64,000 bases of DNA. It comes from Selaginella moellendorffii (taxonomy: Eukaryota; Plantae; Lycopodiophyta). The position numbers and the translations under genes are program-made. Below the pieces are notes generated by a model that saw only the letters and a list, made by a program, of their open reading frames with translations, was not told where the DNA came from and ran no database searches. Numbering within the stretch: the stretch's first letter is position 1; every line of letters begins with the position of its first letter. The stretch lies in the NCBI RefSeq assembly GCF_000143415.4, contig NW_003314306.1, positions 996,815 through 1,060,814 of the forward strand, given 5' to 3'. This document shows, in pieces, positions 50,998-62,338 of this stretch.

Positions 50998-51659
50998 TAC
51001 CAAATGATGCTTTGGTTTCAATTAACATGATGATTAGATGAATTTTCCCGCCCCCTAGGTTTAGGGGAATGGCTCCTTCTTTCGGCTTACATCCGGTGCA
51101 TAGGTTTGTCGATTGTTTCAGATCAAACTTACCGAGCATTTGAGGCAGATTTCCGATCCAGAGGCGGCGCTTCGCACGAGCTAGTGATAAAATTATAATG
51201 CATGGATCCTATTAGTTTTGGTCTTGAGCTCGCAGGAAACAAACTAAAACTTGATAAGAGTTTTACTTTCTCTCTCTTCCAGCTTGCTCTTTTTTTTTCT
51301 TTTACAGATCGATGGCAATTACTGGTGACTTTGGAACTTCAGGACGACACTAGACTCCGAATTATTCTCAGGTAAGGTCCCTACCATTCATCATTTTTTA
51401 ACATTAGATCAACATTCTCTCACAGTGGCTAGTCAATCAAAAGAAACAAGGGTGTTGCTTGGACGGAGCTCCATTCGTCAAGTAATAGAAAAGATTCGCT
51501 GTAAAACATATGAGACAGCCGTTTGTGTTCTATTCCTAAAAGAAAACAACAAAATCTGCTGCCTCCTATGCTTCCATCATTGACATGAATAACAGTTTCG
51601 GAATTGTCAGCATCCCGGCAGCTTGCTTCAAATATCAGCAAAGCGAGGTTCGTTTGATC

Positions 51660-53695
51660 ATGGCATTTTTCCCAATGCTGACATGCGTGTTCTTTCTCCT
51701 GGCTACTGCAGCAACTACATGCTCTGCTTTGGGTTGGAGAACTTCAATCCACCAACAGCGTCTCTTTTCTGCTTCATCTTCAAACTTAAACAACACGAGC
51801 CAGTTGTTCCAGAAGCAAAGAGTTAACCATTTTGATCCAGAAGTACGACCTTGCATTTTTTATCTGGTGTTTATAGCGTTTGATTGATCCAGGATTCGAG
51901 AGTCTTCTCTCAAAGATACTTCGAGTTCCTGGATTACTTTCAGCCCCAACAAGGCCCAATATTTCTCGCCCTCTGTGGAGAATCCACATGCCGCGGCGGA
52001 TATCAAAGAACAGCTGTAGGAGTAAGCGTCTCACATCATAACGTTTCATCCTTTTATCAAATTTGATGCAAGCAGGCTCTAGCTAAGTCACTAGGAGCTG
52101 CAGTCGTGACAATTGAGCATCGGTATTACGGACAAAGCTATCCCTTCCAAAACTTCTCTTACAAGAACCTCAAGTATCTCACAACACAGCAAGCTTTATA
52201 TGATTATGCTCTCTTTATCGAATATTATCAGGTAGATAAATATCTCGAACGTGTTTTCTCGTGACCTTAACGTTCTTTAGTACAGAACTTGATTAATCTA
52301 CGATATAACAAGCAAGGCAAGAATCCATGGATTGTTGTGGGAGGTTCATACGCAGGTGCCCTGAGTGCTTGGTTTAGACTGAAATTTCCGCATTTGGTCG
52401 TTGCAAGCTGGGCAAGCTCAGGTGTGGTCGAAGCTGTGCTGGAATATAGTGCTTACGACGAACAAGTACGTAAATTTACTTTGAGATTTCCTGTATTTAT
52501 CCTTCTTTGTATGTAGATAGGAATTTCTGTTGGTCCTGAATGCAAGAAGGCATTACAGGAGATCACAAAGCTGGCTGAAGAAGGTCTAGTAACAAACGCA
52601 ACAGCAGTTAAATCTGTGTTTTTTGCACAAAAGGTATTTCATCCTTTCTAAATCGTTTCTCTCAAAGGCTTAAGACTTGCGAACTTCGCACAGCTCAGAG
52701 ATGATGATTTCCTGTCATTGGTAGCAGACATTGCCGCTGGTTTTGTGAGTAGAAAGCTTGAGACTAACATAGTTTTCATTTAACGAGCTTTATATTTTTT
52801 CCGTTTTATTTTTTGTTAGGTGCAATATGGTGCTATTGATATGCTCTGTCCTCCACTTTTGGAAGCCATTCAGAACAAAACCGATCTCCTGGTAATTTGC
52901 TCCTCTTTCATGAGTTCTATACAAGTCACGACTTCGTTGTTTTTCCAGATGGCATATGCACGTATTGGTGGAGTAGATAGCTCCTCCAGTGACTTTTACG
53001 ATGCATATAAACTGAGAAGACAAGCTGAAGCAAACGATATCAGCGCTAAAGACACTATGAGCTGGAATTACCAAATTTGCACAGAATTAGCTTACTTCCA
53101 AGTTGCCCCTACCAACGACAGCATTCGATCATCACGTATAAATCTCCAGTAAGTTTGTTTTCCCTTTTCCCTCTCAGCTTGAGTGTGACTTCATGTTGCT
53201 ACGTGTTAGATTACATCGACATTTGTGCTGTATTGTTTGGTCCCAACACATTTCCAGATGTTAGTGCGGCAAACTGGAACTATGGAGGGCGGGACATTGC
53301 TAGTAAAATATTTTCTTCTTCATGCTGACTTGCTCTGTTCTAATCTTGAATAACAGGTTCTAGAATTATCTTTCTGAATGGCTCACAGGATCCGTGGCAG
53401 CATGCGTCGAAGACGACATTTTCTCCAGGAGGTAAAATGATAGGGCAGCGCTTTTATGCTTAGCAGATTTACAATGATTTATTTTTCCCATAGAACCCTC
53501 CTTTGTATTAACTTGTGAAAGCTGTGCACACTGCGAGGACCTTTCTATGGATTGTAGTTCAGACATTGGTAATGCTTTGATACATGACCACCCTTGCGTT
53601 TAACATTGATTCTCTCAGGATCACCCAGGTGCCAGGAGCTAATGAAGGCCCACGCCTACATATCTTTGTACATGAAGGAGTGGTTTTCCTCGTAG
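51660..53695 (+). CDS. Serine carboxypeptidase family S28 (EDA2/PRCP-like), secreted, multi-exon, apparently intact
   Basis: Signal peptide; FSQRYFEFLDYF...GPIFL; IEHRYYGQS; GGSYAGALSAWFRLKFPHLV (nucleophile Ser); YQICTELAYFQ; NGSQDPW (Asp); CAHCEDL (His). Canonical short introns. Confidence 0.9.
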
Positions 53696-53837
53696 TTAAT
53701 GGCGTCTCTTCGCAATGGCAAACACGATTCATGGCAAACTTTCGTAATGTCTGCTTTGAGCTTTCGAAGTTCTTCTTGTGGTACGTAAGATTTTAGCATG
53801 AAAGAAAAGAGAAACAGAAAAGAAAAAGGCTTTGGTT

Positions 53838-54272
53838 TTAGTCGTCGTCGTCATAATGAATTTCGACAGGCAGATCCACCGGCAGCAAGACGCTCTTGCT
53901 TCGCTGCTTTGTGGAGTTCCCCTCGCTCTCGCCTTGTCCTCGGATCTCCAAGAAGAACGCCATTGTAGCGTGACGGCTCCCCTGGCGTCTCCACACAACT
54001 TGACGACGCCCAAGTTTCCGGATGGAGTCCTGGTGAAAGTATGTATTTGATCTCCAACGAGTGTCCAGTTTTAAGTTAGAAGAGGAAATGTATGATTCGC
54101 AAGGAGTTATTTTACCGGTTTGAGAAACTCGTTGAGTCGAACGTTCTCAGATGCTTGTCCGTGACCAACTTCTTGAGGAAACACTCCTTGTTCATGAGCT
54201 GGAGACGTTCCTCCTGTTCTTCCTGCTCGGATCCTAAAGAACATCCACACTCTGCAAGTTACCTTGCTCCAT
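53838..54272 (-). pseudogene. Degenerate copy of the PARP-fold gene at 56780-57544
   Basis: Shares MEQ start, QLMNKE.FLKK.VT.KH, KLCGD.R and the poly-Asp tail. Deletions and a frameshift at the FHGT motif. Confidence 0.8.
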
Positions 54273-54699
54273 GATCTATTTTGTAGTCATGTCCACAGAG
54301 TAGAGATCTATCAAATGAATGGAATAACGAATTTATGCTAAGGACTTTAGGCTTTGGAATTCGCGTGTTATAATCGTAGCGCGCCCATCCAAGGCGCCGA
54401 CTCGGAACTTTCAGTGGAGCGTTCAAGGCTTGGTAAGTTAACTTCTAGTCGTCGTTCTTAATTTTTAACAAACTAAACCTCGTGAAGTAGCTCGGTTTCT
54501 CAACAACAGCCAAGAGAGTCACCTCTCCATTGGTCTCTTTTTCTCTTTTACAGCTCGATGGTGAATTCTGGTGAACTTTCGAGCTGGGAAGTCAAAAGAA
54601 CGACGCTAGAGTCCGAAATTTCTCAAGTAAGGTCGTTAGCCAATCAAAAGAAACAGGAGTATAGCTTCGACGAAGCTCCTTTCATCAAGTAATGTGAAA

Positions 54700-56620
54700 A
54701 ATTCTCTATGAAACATTGTTCTTCCTCCTGGCTACTGCAGCAGCTACTTGCTATGCTTTGGGTTGGAGAAGTTCAATCCACCGGCAACATTTCTCTTCCG
54801 CTGCATGTACAAACGCAAACCATATTAGTTATTTTTTCCAGAGTCAACCATTTTGATCCAGAAGTACGTCCTGCATGTCTTATCTAGTGTTATTGATCTA
54901 GGATCCGAGAGTGTTCTCTCAAAGATACTTCGAGCTCCTGGATTACTTTCAGCCCGATATTTCTCGCCCTCTAGCCATTTTCAAGCTTTTGTCGCATCTC
55001 TCCTTATACCATTTAGCATCCTTTTTAATCGATTGTTATGCAAACAGCGGCAATCGTTTGAGCATCGTGGGGAGAGCTATCCCTTTCAAAACTTCACTTG
55101 CGAGAACCTCAAGTATCTCACAACACAGCAGGCTTTGTTTGATTATGCTCTCTTTATCAAGTAGATAAATATCTAGAGCGTGTTTTCCCGTGATTTTAGC
55201 ACAGAACTTGACGATAAAGCAAGCAAGGCAAGAATCCAGGGAGCTTCATACGCAGGTGCCTTGACTGCGTAGTTTGGACTTAAATTTCCGGACTTGGTCG
55301 TTGCAAGCTGGGCAAGCTCAGGTGTTATCAAAGCTGTACTGGAATATAGTGCTTACGATGAACAAGTATGTAAAATCACACTGAAGTTTTATCTTGTTGC
55401 CCGCTAGGCACTCTGCTAGTGTATGATGTTCACCACCCAACCGTATAAGCATTAGAGCCTCTCCCAAGACTTTAGATGCTGTGGATCTCTAAAGATATTT
55501 ATGATTATTTTTTCAAGTAGGTGGGAATTTCTGTTGGTCCTGAATGCAAGAAAAAGCATTACAGGAGATCACACGGATGGCCGAAGAAGGTAGCAACAAA
55601 TGTAATAACAGTTAAATCTCTGTTTCTTAAAATAAAAAAGGTATCGATTGCTTCTGTTCTCTCGTTTTACAGCTCAATGACGTTGACTTCCTTTCTCTTG
55701 TAGCAGACGTTGCAGCTCCTTATGTGAGAAAAGAGCTTCATTCGATCCTAGATTGTACTTAACATCTTGTCCCATATTCATTTTATTAGGTGCAATATGG
55801 TGGCATTAAGTTGCTTTGCCCAGATATTCATAACAAAAGCGATCTCCTGGTAATTTTGCTCTTCTCTCATGAGTTGTATACAATGACGACTTTATTTTTC
55901 CAGGTGGCATATCCAGGCAGATGGGGAATAGATTCCTACGATGTATATAAACTGAATAAACAGGCTGAAGTAAACGATATCACTATGGGCTGGTCCTATT
56001 AAACTTGCACAGAATTGGGATACTTCCAAATGAATGCTGGCACACACACGCACCCCTTTCTTTTCCGAGGAACCATGGCCTCCATAAGCTTTCAGGAATC
56101 GATTAAAACTTTGGTGTAAAGTATTTAGCTCCAAGGTTGTAGACGACCAGGCTTGAAAGAAGGGGAAAACAATTCGATCATCACGTATAAATTTCCAGTA
56201 AGTTTGCATTTCCTTTTCCCTCATATCTTGAGTATGCCCAGGAAGCATTATGAAGGTCCTTGCAGCGTGCACGCTTTCACAAGTTACTACGAAGAAGATT
56301 CCGTGGGAAAAAAATAAAACATTGTACTGATCTCTCGTTTTAGCCTGTGGAGAAAATGTCATCTTTGAAGCATGCTGCCACGGATATCATAAAGATAACT
56401 ATTACTCAAGAAGAACAAACTTACCAGCAATGTCCCGTCCTCCGTAGTTCCTGTTTACAGCACTAACATCTGGAAATGTCCTGGGACCAAACAAATTATT
56501 GATGACCAGCAACAAAAAGACACCACCCTTTTGATCGTCTCAGGAGCGCCAAAGTGTAAAGAGCTAATGAAGGCCCACGCGTACATAGATTTGTACATGA
56601 AAGAGCGGCTGTCCTCGTAG
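54700..56620 (+). pseudogene. Decayed S28 peptidase copy with internal inversion
   Basis: Homologous to 51660-53695 with stops, frameshifts and insertions. ~56245-56495 is in reverse orientation. Confidence 0.85.
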
Positions 56621-56779
56621 TTAATGGCGTCTTTTGGTTCTCTTTGGCAACATTCATCCTAGGGTTTCATTTGAGCTTTCTTGTTGTTTCTAATTTTTTT
56701 TTCTTTTAGACACGAACAGAAGGATGACAGAAACGTCAAATGTGAAAGAGAAGATACAGAAAAGAGAAAAGCTTCGATT

Positions 56780-57544
56780 TTAGTTGTCGTCGTCGTCGTA
56801 GTAGTCGTCGTCATCGTCGTCATAGTGATTTTCTACAGGCAGATCGATCTCCGCCACCGGCAGCAGGACGCTCGACTTTGTGTTTGGAATGCTGCGCTGC
56901 TTTGCGGTGTTCCACTCGGTCTCTCCATGTCCTCGGAGCTCCAGGAAGAGCGCCATTGTAGCTTGACGGGCTCTCGTCTTGCAGTACTGCAGGCTCACGT
57001 ACGGATCTTTCCCGACCCAAAACTTCCTGGTGTCTCCACACAGCTTGGCATCCAATCCATTCTTCTTGATGGATTCCAAGTTTTCGGATGGAGTCCCGTG
57101 AAAGACGTACTCGAGAGACTTGAGCTCCGAAGAGTCTCCTTGCTTGACAGCGCAGAACATCTCCACTGCGACCACATGTAAGTTCTAAGTTCGAAGAATG
57201 TATGATCATTGACAACTTAACTGATGAGCTCTTTGTTTGTCTTGGCGGTTTCCTTGAGAGCTTGGACGAACTGGCGGTACATATCGGGCTTATCGGCCAG
57301 AAACGTGTTGAGTCGAACGTTTCTTATCTCTGGATGCTTTTCCGTGACCACCTTCTTGAGGAAACTCTCCTTGTTCATGAGCTGGAGGAGCTCCTCGACT
57401 GCGTGCTCGATTGCTTGATCCTCGGGATCCTGGAGAAAAAGCAGGAAACTGGAGCTTGCGAAAGAACAAAAGAGTTCCAACTTTTACTTTTCCGATGATC
57501 TTGATCTCCCGTCGATAGCCACTCCGCAAGTTAACTTGCTCCAT
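56780..57544 (-). CDS. Stand-alone PARP-fold (diphtheria-toxin-like) ADP-ribosyltransferase-domain protein, ~216 aa, 3 exons
   Basis: Exons 57544-57488, 57429-57222 and 57165-56780 splice in frame via GT-AG introns. Motifs YVFHGTPSENLESIKKNGL, VSLQYC and LLPVAEIDL; acidic tail. Confidence 0.75.
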
Positions 57545-58031
57545 GCGCTCCAGATCGATCTGGTAGTCAAGTCCATTGGGATACTTCGCAGAGGTGATCC
57601 TTCCCAGAGAAACATTCGATGCTCGTCCCTTGGAGATCTATCAAATCAAACAACAAAACTGGAAAGCTATTGCTAGAACGCAATGACATAGCAGACCTTG
57701 TTCTTGTGACCGTCACGAATGGCATGCTCGGTGCTTGCGCTGTATCGCACCCAGCAATCGTCCTCCCTCCAGTAAACTCCAGCCTCAGTGGGATCGGCGC
57801 ACTCCTTGGTGATACACATTCTTGGATAGAAACGATCACAAGCGCAGCCACATTATATTGCGAGAGAATGACTATAATTAATGCTACTTGTCTCCACGCT
57901 CCAGGGATTTTGGATAGATTTTACCCGCATTTTTAGATCAAAGAGTTTAGCTTGAAAAAAGTAAAGGAGATTTCCTTTATGAGTATACAAAATAGGGTTT
58001 ATCAAGTCGCCGAGAAGGCGGGAGGAGAGCG

Positions 58032-60407
58032 ATGAGGATCGCCGTGGTCAACTCTGATCGTTGCAAGCCCAAGAAGTACCATCAGGAGTGCAAGAAGAGC
58101 TGCCCAGTGGTGAAAACAGGCAAATTTTGTTCTCATCTCTTGAAAGGTATGCGATCTGAGATTCGAATTTCCAGGGAAGCTTTGCATCGAGGTCTCTCCG
58201 GCATCCAAGATCTCGTCCATTTCGGAGGAGCTCTGCATTGGATGTGGGATTTGCGTGAAGGTCGGCCACTTCGATTCCCCCTTCCCGTCTTGTTTCGATC
58301 AGTGGTTTGTGTGGCAGAAATGTCCATTTGGAGCGATAGATATCATCAAGCTTCCTAAGGAGTTGGACAAAGAAACCACGCATCGGTATGGAGCGAACAC
58401 TTTCAAGCTACACAGGTTTGCTTGGTTTTCTAGATGCGTAGTACTAGTGTTCTCGTAAACAGGCTGCCTGTTCCAAAGCCGGGCCAGGTCTTGGGTCTCG
58501 TTGGGACGAATGGAATTGGAAAGACGACCGCCTTGAAAGTTCTTCACGGGTTCCTCAAGCCCAACTTGGGGAACTTTGCGGTACTGGCTTTTGCGGTATT
58601 TGTTTTGTTCCTATGACAGTGTTACGTTGTAGGATCCACCGGACTGGCAAGAGATCTTGACATACTTCAGAGGATCGGAGCTCCAGAACTACTTCATGCG
58701 ATATCTGGAAGATAATTTGAAGGTATGGGAACAGGACTTGGGTTCTTCAAGTCATTTCTTAACGAAGCCTGCTGCCTCAGGTGGCCACGAAAACGCAGAA
58801 CGTTTCCGACGTTCCGAAGGTAATTAAAGGCACCGTCGGTGAAGCTCTCTCGCGGAAGGATGAACGAGGCGTGATGGAGGATGTTTGCCATGATCTTGAT
58901 TTGATCGATGTTTTGGACCGAAATCTGGATGATTTGTCTGGTGGAGAGCTCCAACGCTTTGCTATAGCCGAGGTGGCCGTGCAAAAAGCAGACGTCTACA
59001 TGTTTGATGAGCCATCCAGCTTTCTGGATGTTCGGCAGAGGCTCAAGGCTGCTCAAGTCATTCGGTCCCTTCTCACACCAAACAGGTACATGTTTTTTTC
59101 CTTCTTGGTTTCCCTCGTTCCCCTCGACTTACTCTGAGGTTGCAATGCAGCTATGTGATTGTCGTGGAGCATGATCTGAGTGTTCTCGACTATCTATCCG
59201 ACTATGTTTGCTGCCTCTATGGAAATCCCGGTGCGTATGGTGTTGTGACGCTCCCTTTCTCTGTGAGGGAAGGCATAAACATATTCCTCGCTGGATACAT
59301 TCATACGGAAAACGTGCGGTTCCGTGAAGTGTCCCTCACATTCAAGGTAAGAATTGTTTTCACTAACTTGCAATTAAAACAGGGATTATGTCAATGCAAG
59401 GTTGCCGAGAGCGCTCAAGAGAGCCCCGAGGAAGTCCGGACGTACACTCGGTATAAGTATCCTGCCATGTCGAGGACTCAAGGAAGCTTCAAGCTTCAAG
59501 TCAAGGAGGGGAACTTTACAGACTCGCAGATCATTGTGATGCTCGGCGAGAATGGCACTGGAAAGACCACTTTCATAAGAATGCTGGTAAGTTTCCAGAA
59601 CTATTTTCTCGTGACATGCAAAGCTTTTCTATAATCTCAGGCTGGGCTGCTAAAATCCGACGACGACGCTCGTGACTCGGAAGAAATTCCCGAGTTCAAC
59701 GTCTCATACAAGCCACAACACATCAACTCCAAGTCCCAGTCCACGGTCCGGCATTTGCTGCACACCAAGATCCGAGACTCGTGCTTTCATCCTCAATTCA
59801 ACACGGACGTGATGAAGCCTCTCCAGATTGAGGCACTCATGGACCGGGAAGTTGCCAACTTATCGGGTGGCGAGCGCCAGCGCGTTGCTATTTGCCTTTG
59901 CCTTGGAAAGGTAGTAGCGCTTTTCCTTGAACTTATCCTCGCAGCATATCAAACCATTTGCCTTGGCAGCCCGCGGACATCTATCTGATCGACGAGCCCA
60001 GCGCTCACTTGGACTCCGAGCAGCGACTCGTGGCGTGCAAGGTGATCAAGCGCTTCATCCTCCACGCCAAGAAGACGGCCTTCGTGGTGGAGCACGACTT
60101 GATCATGGCAACGTACTTGGCGGACAGGGTCATCGTCTACGAAGAAAAACCGTCGGTGGAGTGCGTTGCCAACTCGCCCCAGAGTCTCCTCACGGGGATG
60201 AACCTGTTCCTCTCGGTGAGTAGCGTTTTCTCTCTCCTTCTCCAGGCGTTCATGGCTGATTTGATTCCACTCTTTCGCTTTGCGCAGCACCTGGACATCA
60301 CCTTCCGGCGTGATCCCACGAACTTTAGGCCGCGGATCAACAAGCTCGACTCCACCAAAGATCGCGAGCAAAAGGCTGCCGGATCTTACTATTACTTGGA
60401 CGACTGA
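58032..60407 (+). CDS. ABCE: ABCE family ATPase (RNase L inhibitor / Rli1-like ribosome recycling factor), divergent
   Basis: Fe-S domain ([14 protein letters not shown]...[13 protein letters not shown]), two NBDs ([22 protein letters not shown]; [23 protein letters not shown]), C-terminal [17 protein letters not shown]...YYYLDD. Multi-exon, frames appear open. Confidence 0.93.
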
Positions 60408-61008
60408 GCAGTCCGGTTTGCTTCTGTAAAGGTTTGAAACGAAAATGTTTCTATTATATGGTTACTTACACGCCATTTGCTTTCGCTGGAACAGTACTCT
60501 CGATCTGGAGGTTCGTTTTGTGGAGCTCGAGTTGTACGCACGCTGGAACACTACTTCTCTCTCTGTTGGTTCGTTGTTTAGAGGTCCGAGTGACTGATCT
60601 CGCAAGAACAACAAAAAGAAGAAAGAAGAGCGAAAACAAAACTGTAAATCGACAGGCGACTTTAAAACATCCCAAGAGCTTACCAGAAGACGCCGTCCCA
60701 TCGCAACTACCATAAACTTCTTCTCCATTTGGTCGAAAGAAGCTAGCAATGTACTCTCGAAAACGGAAAAACAGAAGGTAGAAACAAAAATGGTGGCGAA
60801 GATCAAAGAGCTGTCCAAGGATGTCAAAACACAATCAAAGAGAGACATGCTTCAAAGCTCACCGGGGTGGTCGTCGAGTCTATAGTAGCCATAAGCAGCG
60901 ATCAATCGATAGAAGAGCTTGTGAACGACCAATTGAGGGAACGAGAGAGCGAGGACGGAGAAGACACCGCCAAAACGAAAGACCCGACGAACGAAAGGAA
61001 GAAAGGAT

Positions 61009-62094
61009 CTAGAGGATGCTACAGCCGCTGTGGCAGCAGCGGGAGCACCTACAGCACTTCTGATACCAGCGCTGATGGGGGTGTGGCGGTGGCAACGCGG
61101 GTGGCGCTCCTGGAGAGCTTGGAGGAGGAGAGAAAGAACTGCCAATGTTGCCAATGACAGTAGCAACTGACCCGGTGGATGATTTGCCGCTGCTGATGGA
61201 CTCGCTTTCCTCGATCAGTATCCCCTTGCCTTTATCGTCGGCGCTCGCGATCGGGGTCGGGCCAGCGCGTGATAGACGCGACGGACCATGGAGCAATCCA
61301 CCCGGGCCGGTGATCTCCGAGACTGGGACCTTCGGAATCGAGACTGAGGCGATCGATGAGCTCGGACCTGGAAGACCAGAGCTTGCGGCAATCGGATCCT
61401 TGCCTGGAGACGCGCTGGATGAGCTTGGATCCTTTAAAATCGCGGTCGATGAGCTCGGACCTGGTGCTGTGGCAAGGGACGAGCTCGGATCCATGCCTGG
61501 AGACGACATTATGGCGCTGGATGAGCTCGGATTCTCTGAAATCGCGGTTGCGGCGCTCGATGAGCTCGGACCTGGAAGACCAAAGCTTGCCGTGACACTG
61601 GACGAGCTCGGATCCGATATTATGGCGCTGGATGAGCTTGGATCCTCCGCGATCGCGCTGGATGAGCCCGGATCCCCTGAAATCCAAGGCGTGGCACTGG
61701 ACGAGCCCGGATCTCCGCCCTGAGTTGATATTACGGCGCCGGAGCTGCTCGGATCCTTCCCGCGATAGCGAACTGCGTCGCTGGAAGTGCTCCTGGGATC
61801 AGACCTGCGGAACGTTGGAACCTCGGCTATGGCGGAATCTCTGGGACTCGAAGCAATCAACCTAGAATCGCTGTTAGACCTGGTAAATGCGGCATGCGGA
61901 GTAGCGGGACTAGGCGGAGGAGCGACAGGACCGAGAACGGGAGATGGAAAGAGCCTGGCGATCATCTGGAGATCCTCATTGCGCACTGGCACCACCGGCT
62001 CAGGCGGCGCCGCTGGCTCGCCATTGTCTCCCTCGCTATCGTTGCCCTCTTCTTGCCGTTGCTGCCGGCCAGGATCGGGAGGTGGAGGACCCAT
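61009..62094 (-). CDS. Ser/Pro-rich repeat protein with Cys-rich CaaX end (CSIL), 361 aa; paralogue of 44857-45621
   Basis: Single open frame with about 13 (D/G/N)P(S/G)SSS repeats and DKGKGI, ending WYQKCCRCSRCCHSGCSIL*. Confidence 0.75.
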   Translation of the reverse strand: MGPPPPDPGRQQRQEEGNDSEGDNGEPAAPPEPVVPVRNEDLQMIARLFPSPVLGPVAPPPSPATPHAAFTRSNSDSRLIASSPRDSAIAEVPTFRRSDPRSTSSDAVRYRGKDPSSSGAVISTQGGDPGSSSATPWISGDPGSSSAIAEDPSSSSAIISDPSSSSVTASFGLPGPSSSSAATAISENPSSSSAIMSSPGMDPSSSLATAPGPSSSTAILKDPSSSSASPGKDPIAASSGLPGPSSSIASVSIPKVPVSEITGPGGLLHGPSRLSRAGPTPIASADDKGKGILIEESESISSGKSSTGSVATVIGNIGSSFSPPPSSPGAPPALPPPHPHQRWYQKCCRCSRCCHSGCSIL

Positions 62095-62192
62095 TGGAAA
62101 TGCCCGCCCAAAAACCCTTGATTCAAATGACTAGGGCTCGTGCGTATATGGTTTTATAGTTAAATTGATTATATAGAATTAATCATTGATAA

Positions 62193-62266
62193 GGCCTATT
62201 AGCTCAGTTGGTCAGAGCGTGGTGCTAATAACGCCGAGGTCGCAGGTTCGAAACCTGCGTAGGCCA
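62193..62266 (+). tRNA. trnI-AAU: tRNA-Ile (anticodon AAT)
   Basis: Cloverleaf GGCCTAT/GTAGGCC-A, D arm GCTC/GAGC, anticodon loop CT-AAT-AA, T arm GCAGG-TTCGAAA-CCTGC; T-run terminator directly downstream. Confidence 0.96.
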
Positions 62267-62338
62267 TTGTTTTTTCTTGTAAAGGTCGCTGGCTCGAAAC
62301 CTTTTAACAGCAAAAGAATGTGAGGGCTCCAGGAAGGG

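Larger units (their letters stand above)
45920..51282 (+). repeat. Diverged inverted paralogue of window 1-5125 (AT block + CR relic + S28 pseudogene)
   Basis: Collinear with the reverse complement of 1-5125 along its length (e.g. 51121-51282 vs 1-170), with scattered substitutions and indels. Confidence 0.92.

Noticed and set aside
57040-57110. Tpt1/KptA tRNA 2'-phosphotransferase (also has HGT...I...GL)
   Set aside because: Lacks the R-x-H-V/I-H motif and the N-terminal RNA-binding lobe motifs; the S..YC pattern is more PARP-like.
61145-61723. Antisense ORF with repeated DELG (also 45218-45577)
   Set aside because: Shadow frame of the PSSS repeats; the opposite strand has the start context and CaaX end conserved between paralogues.
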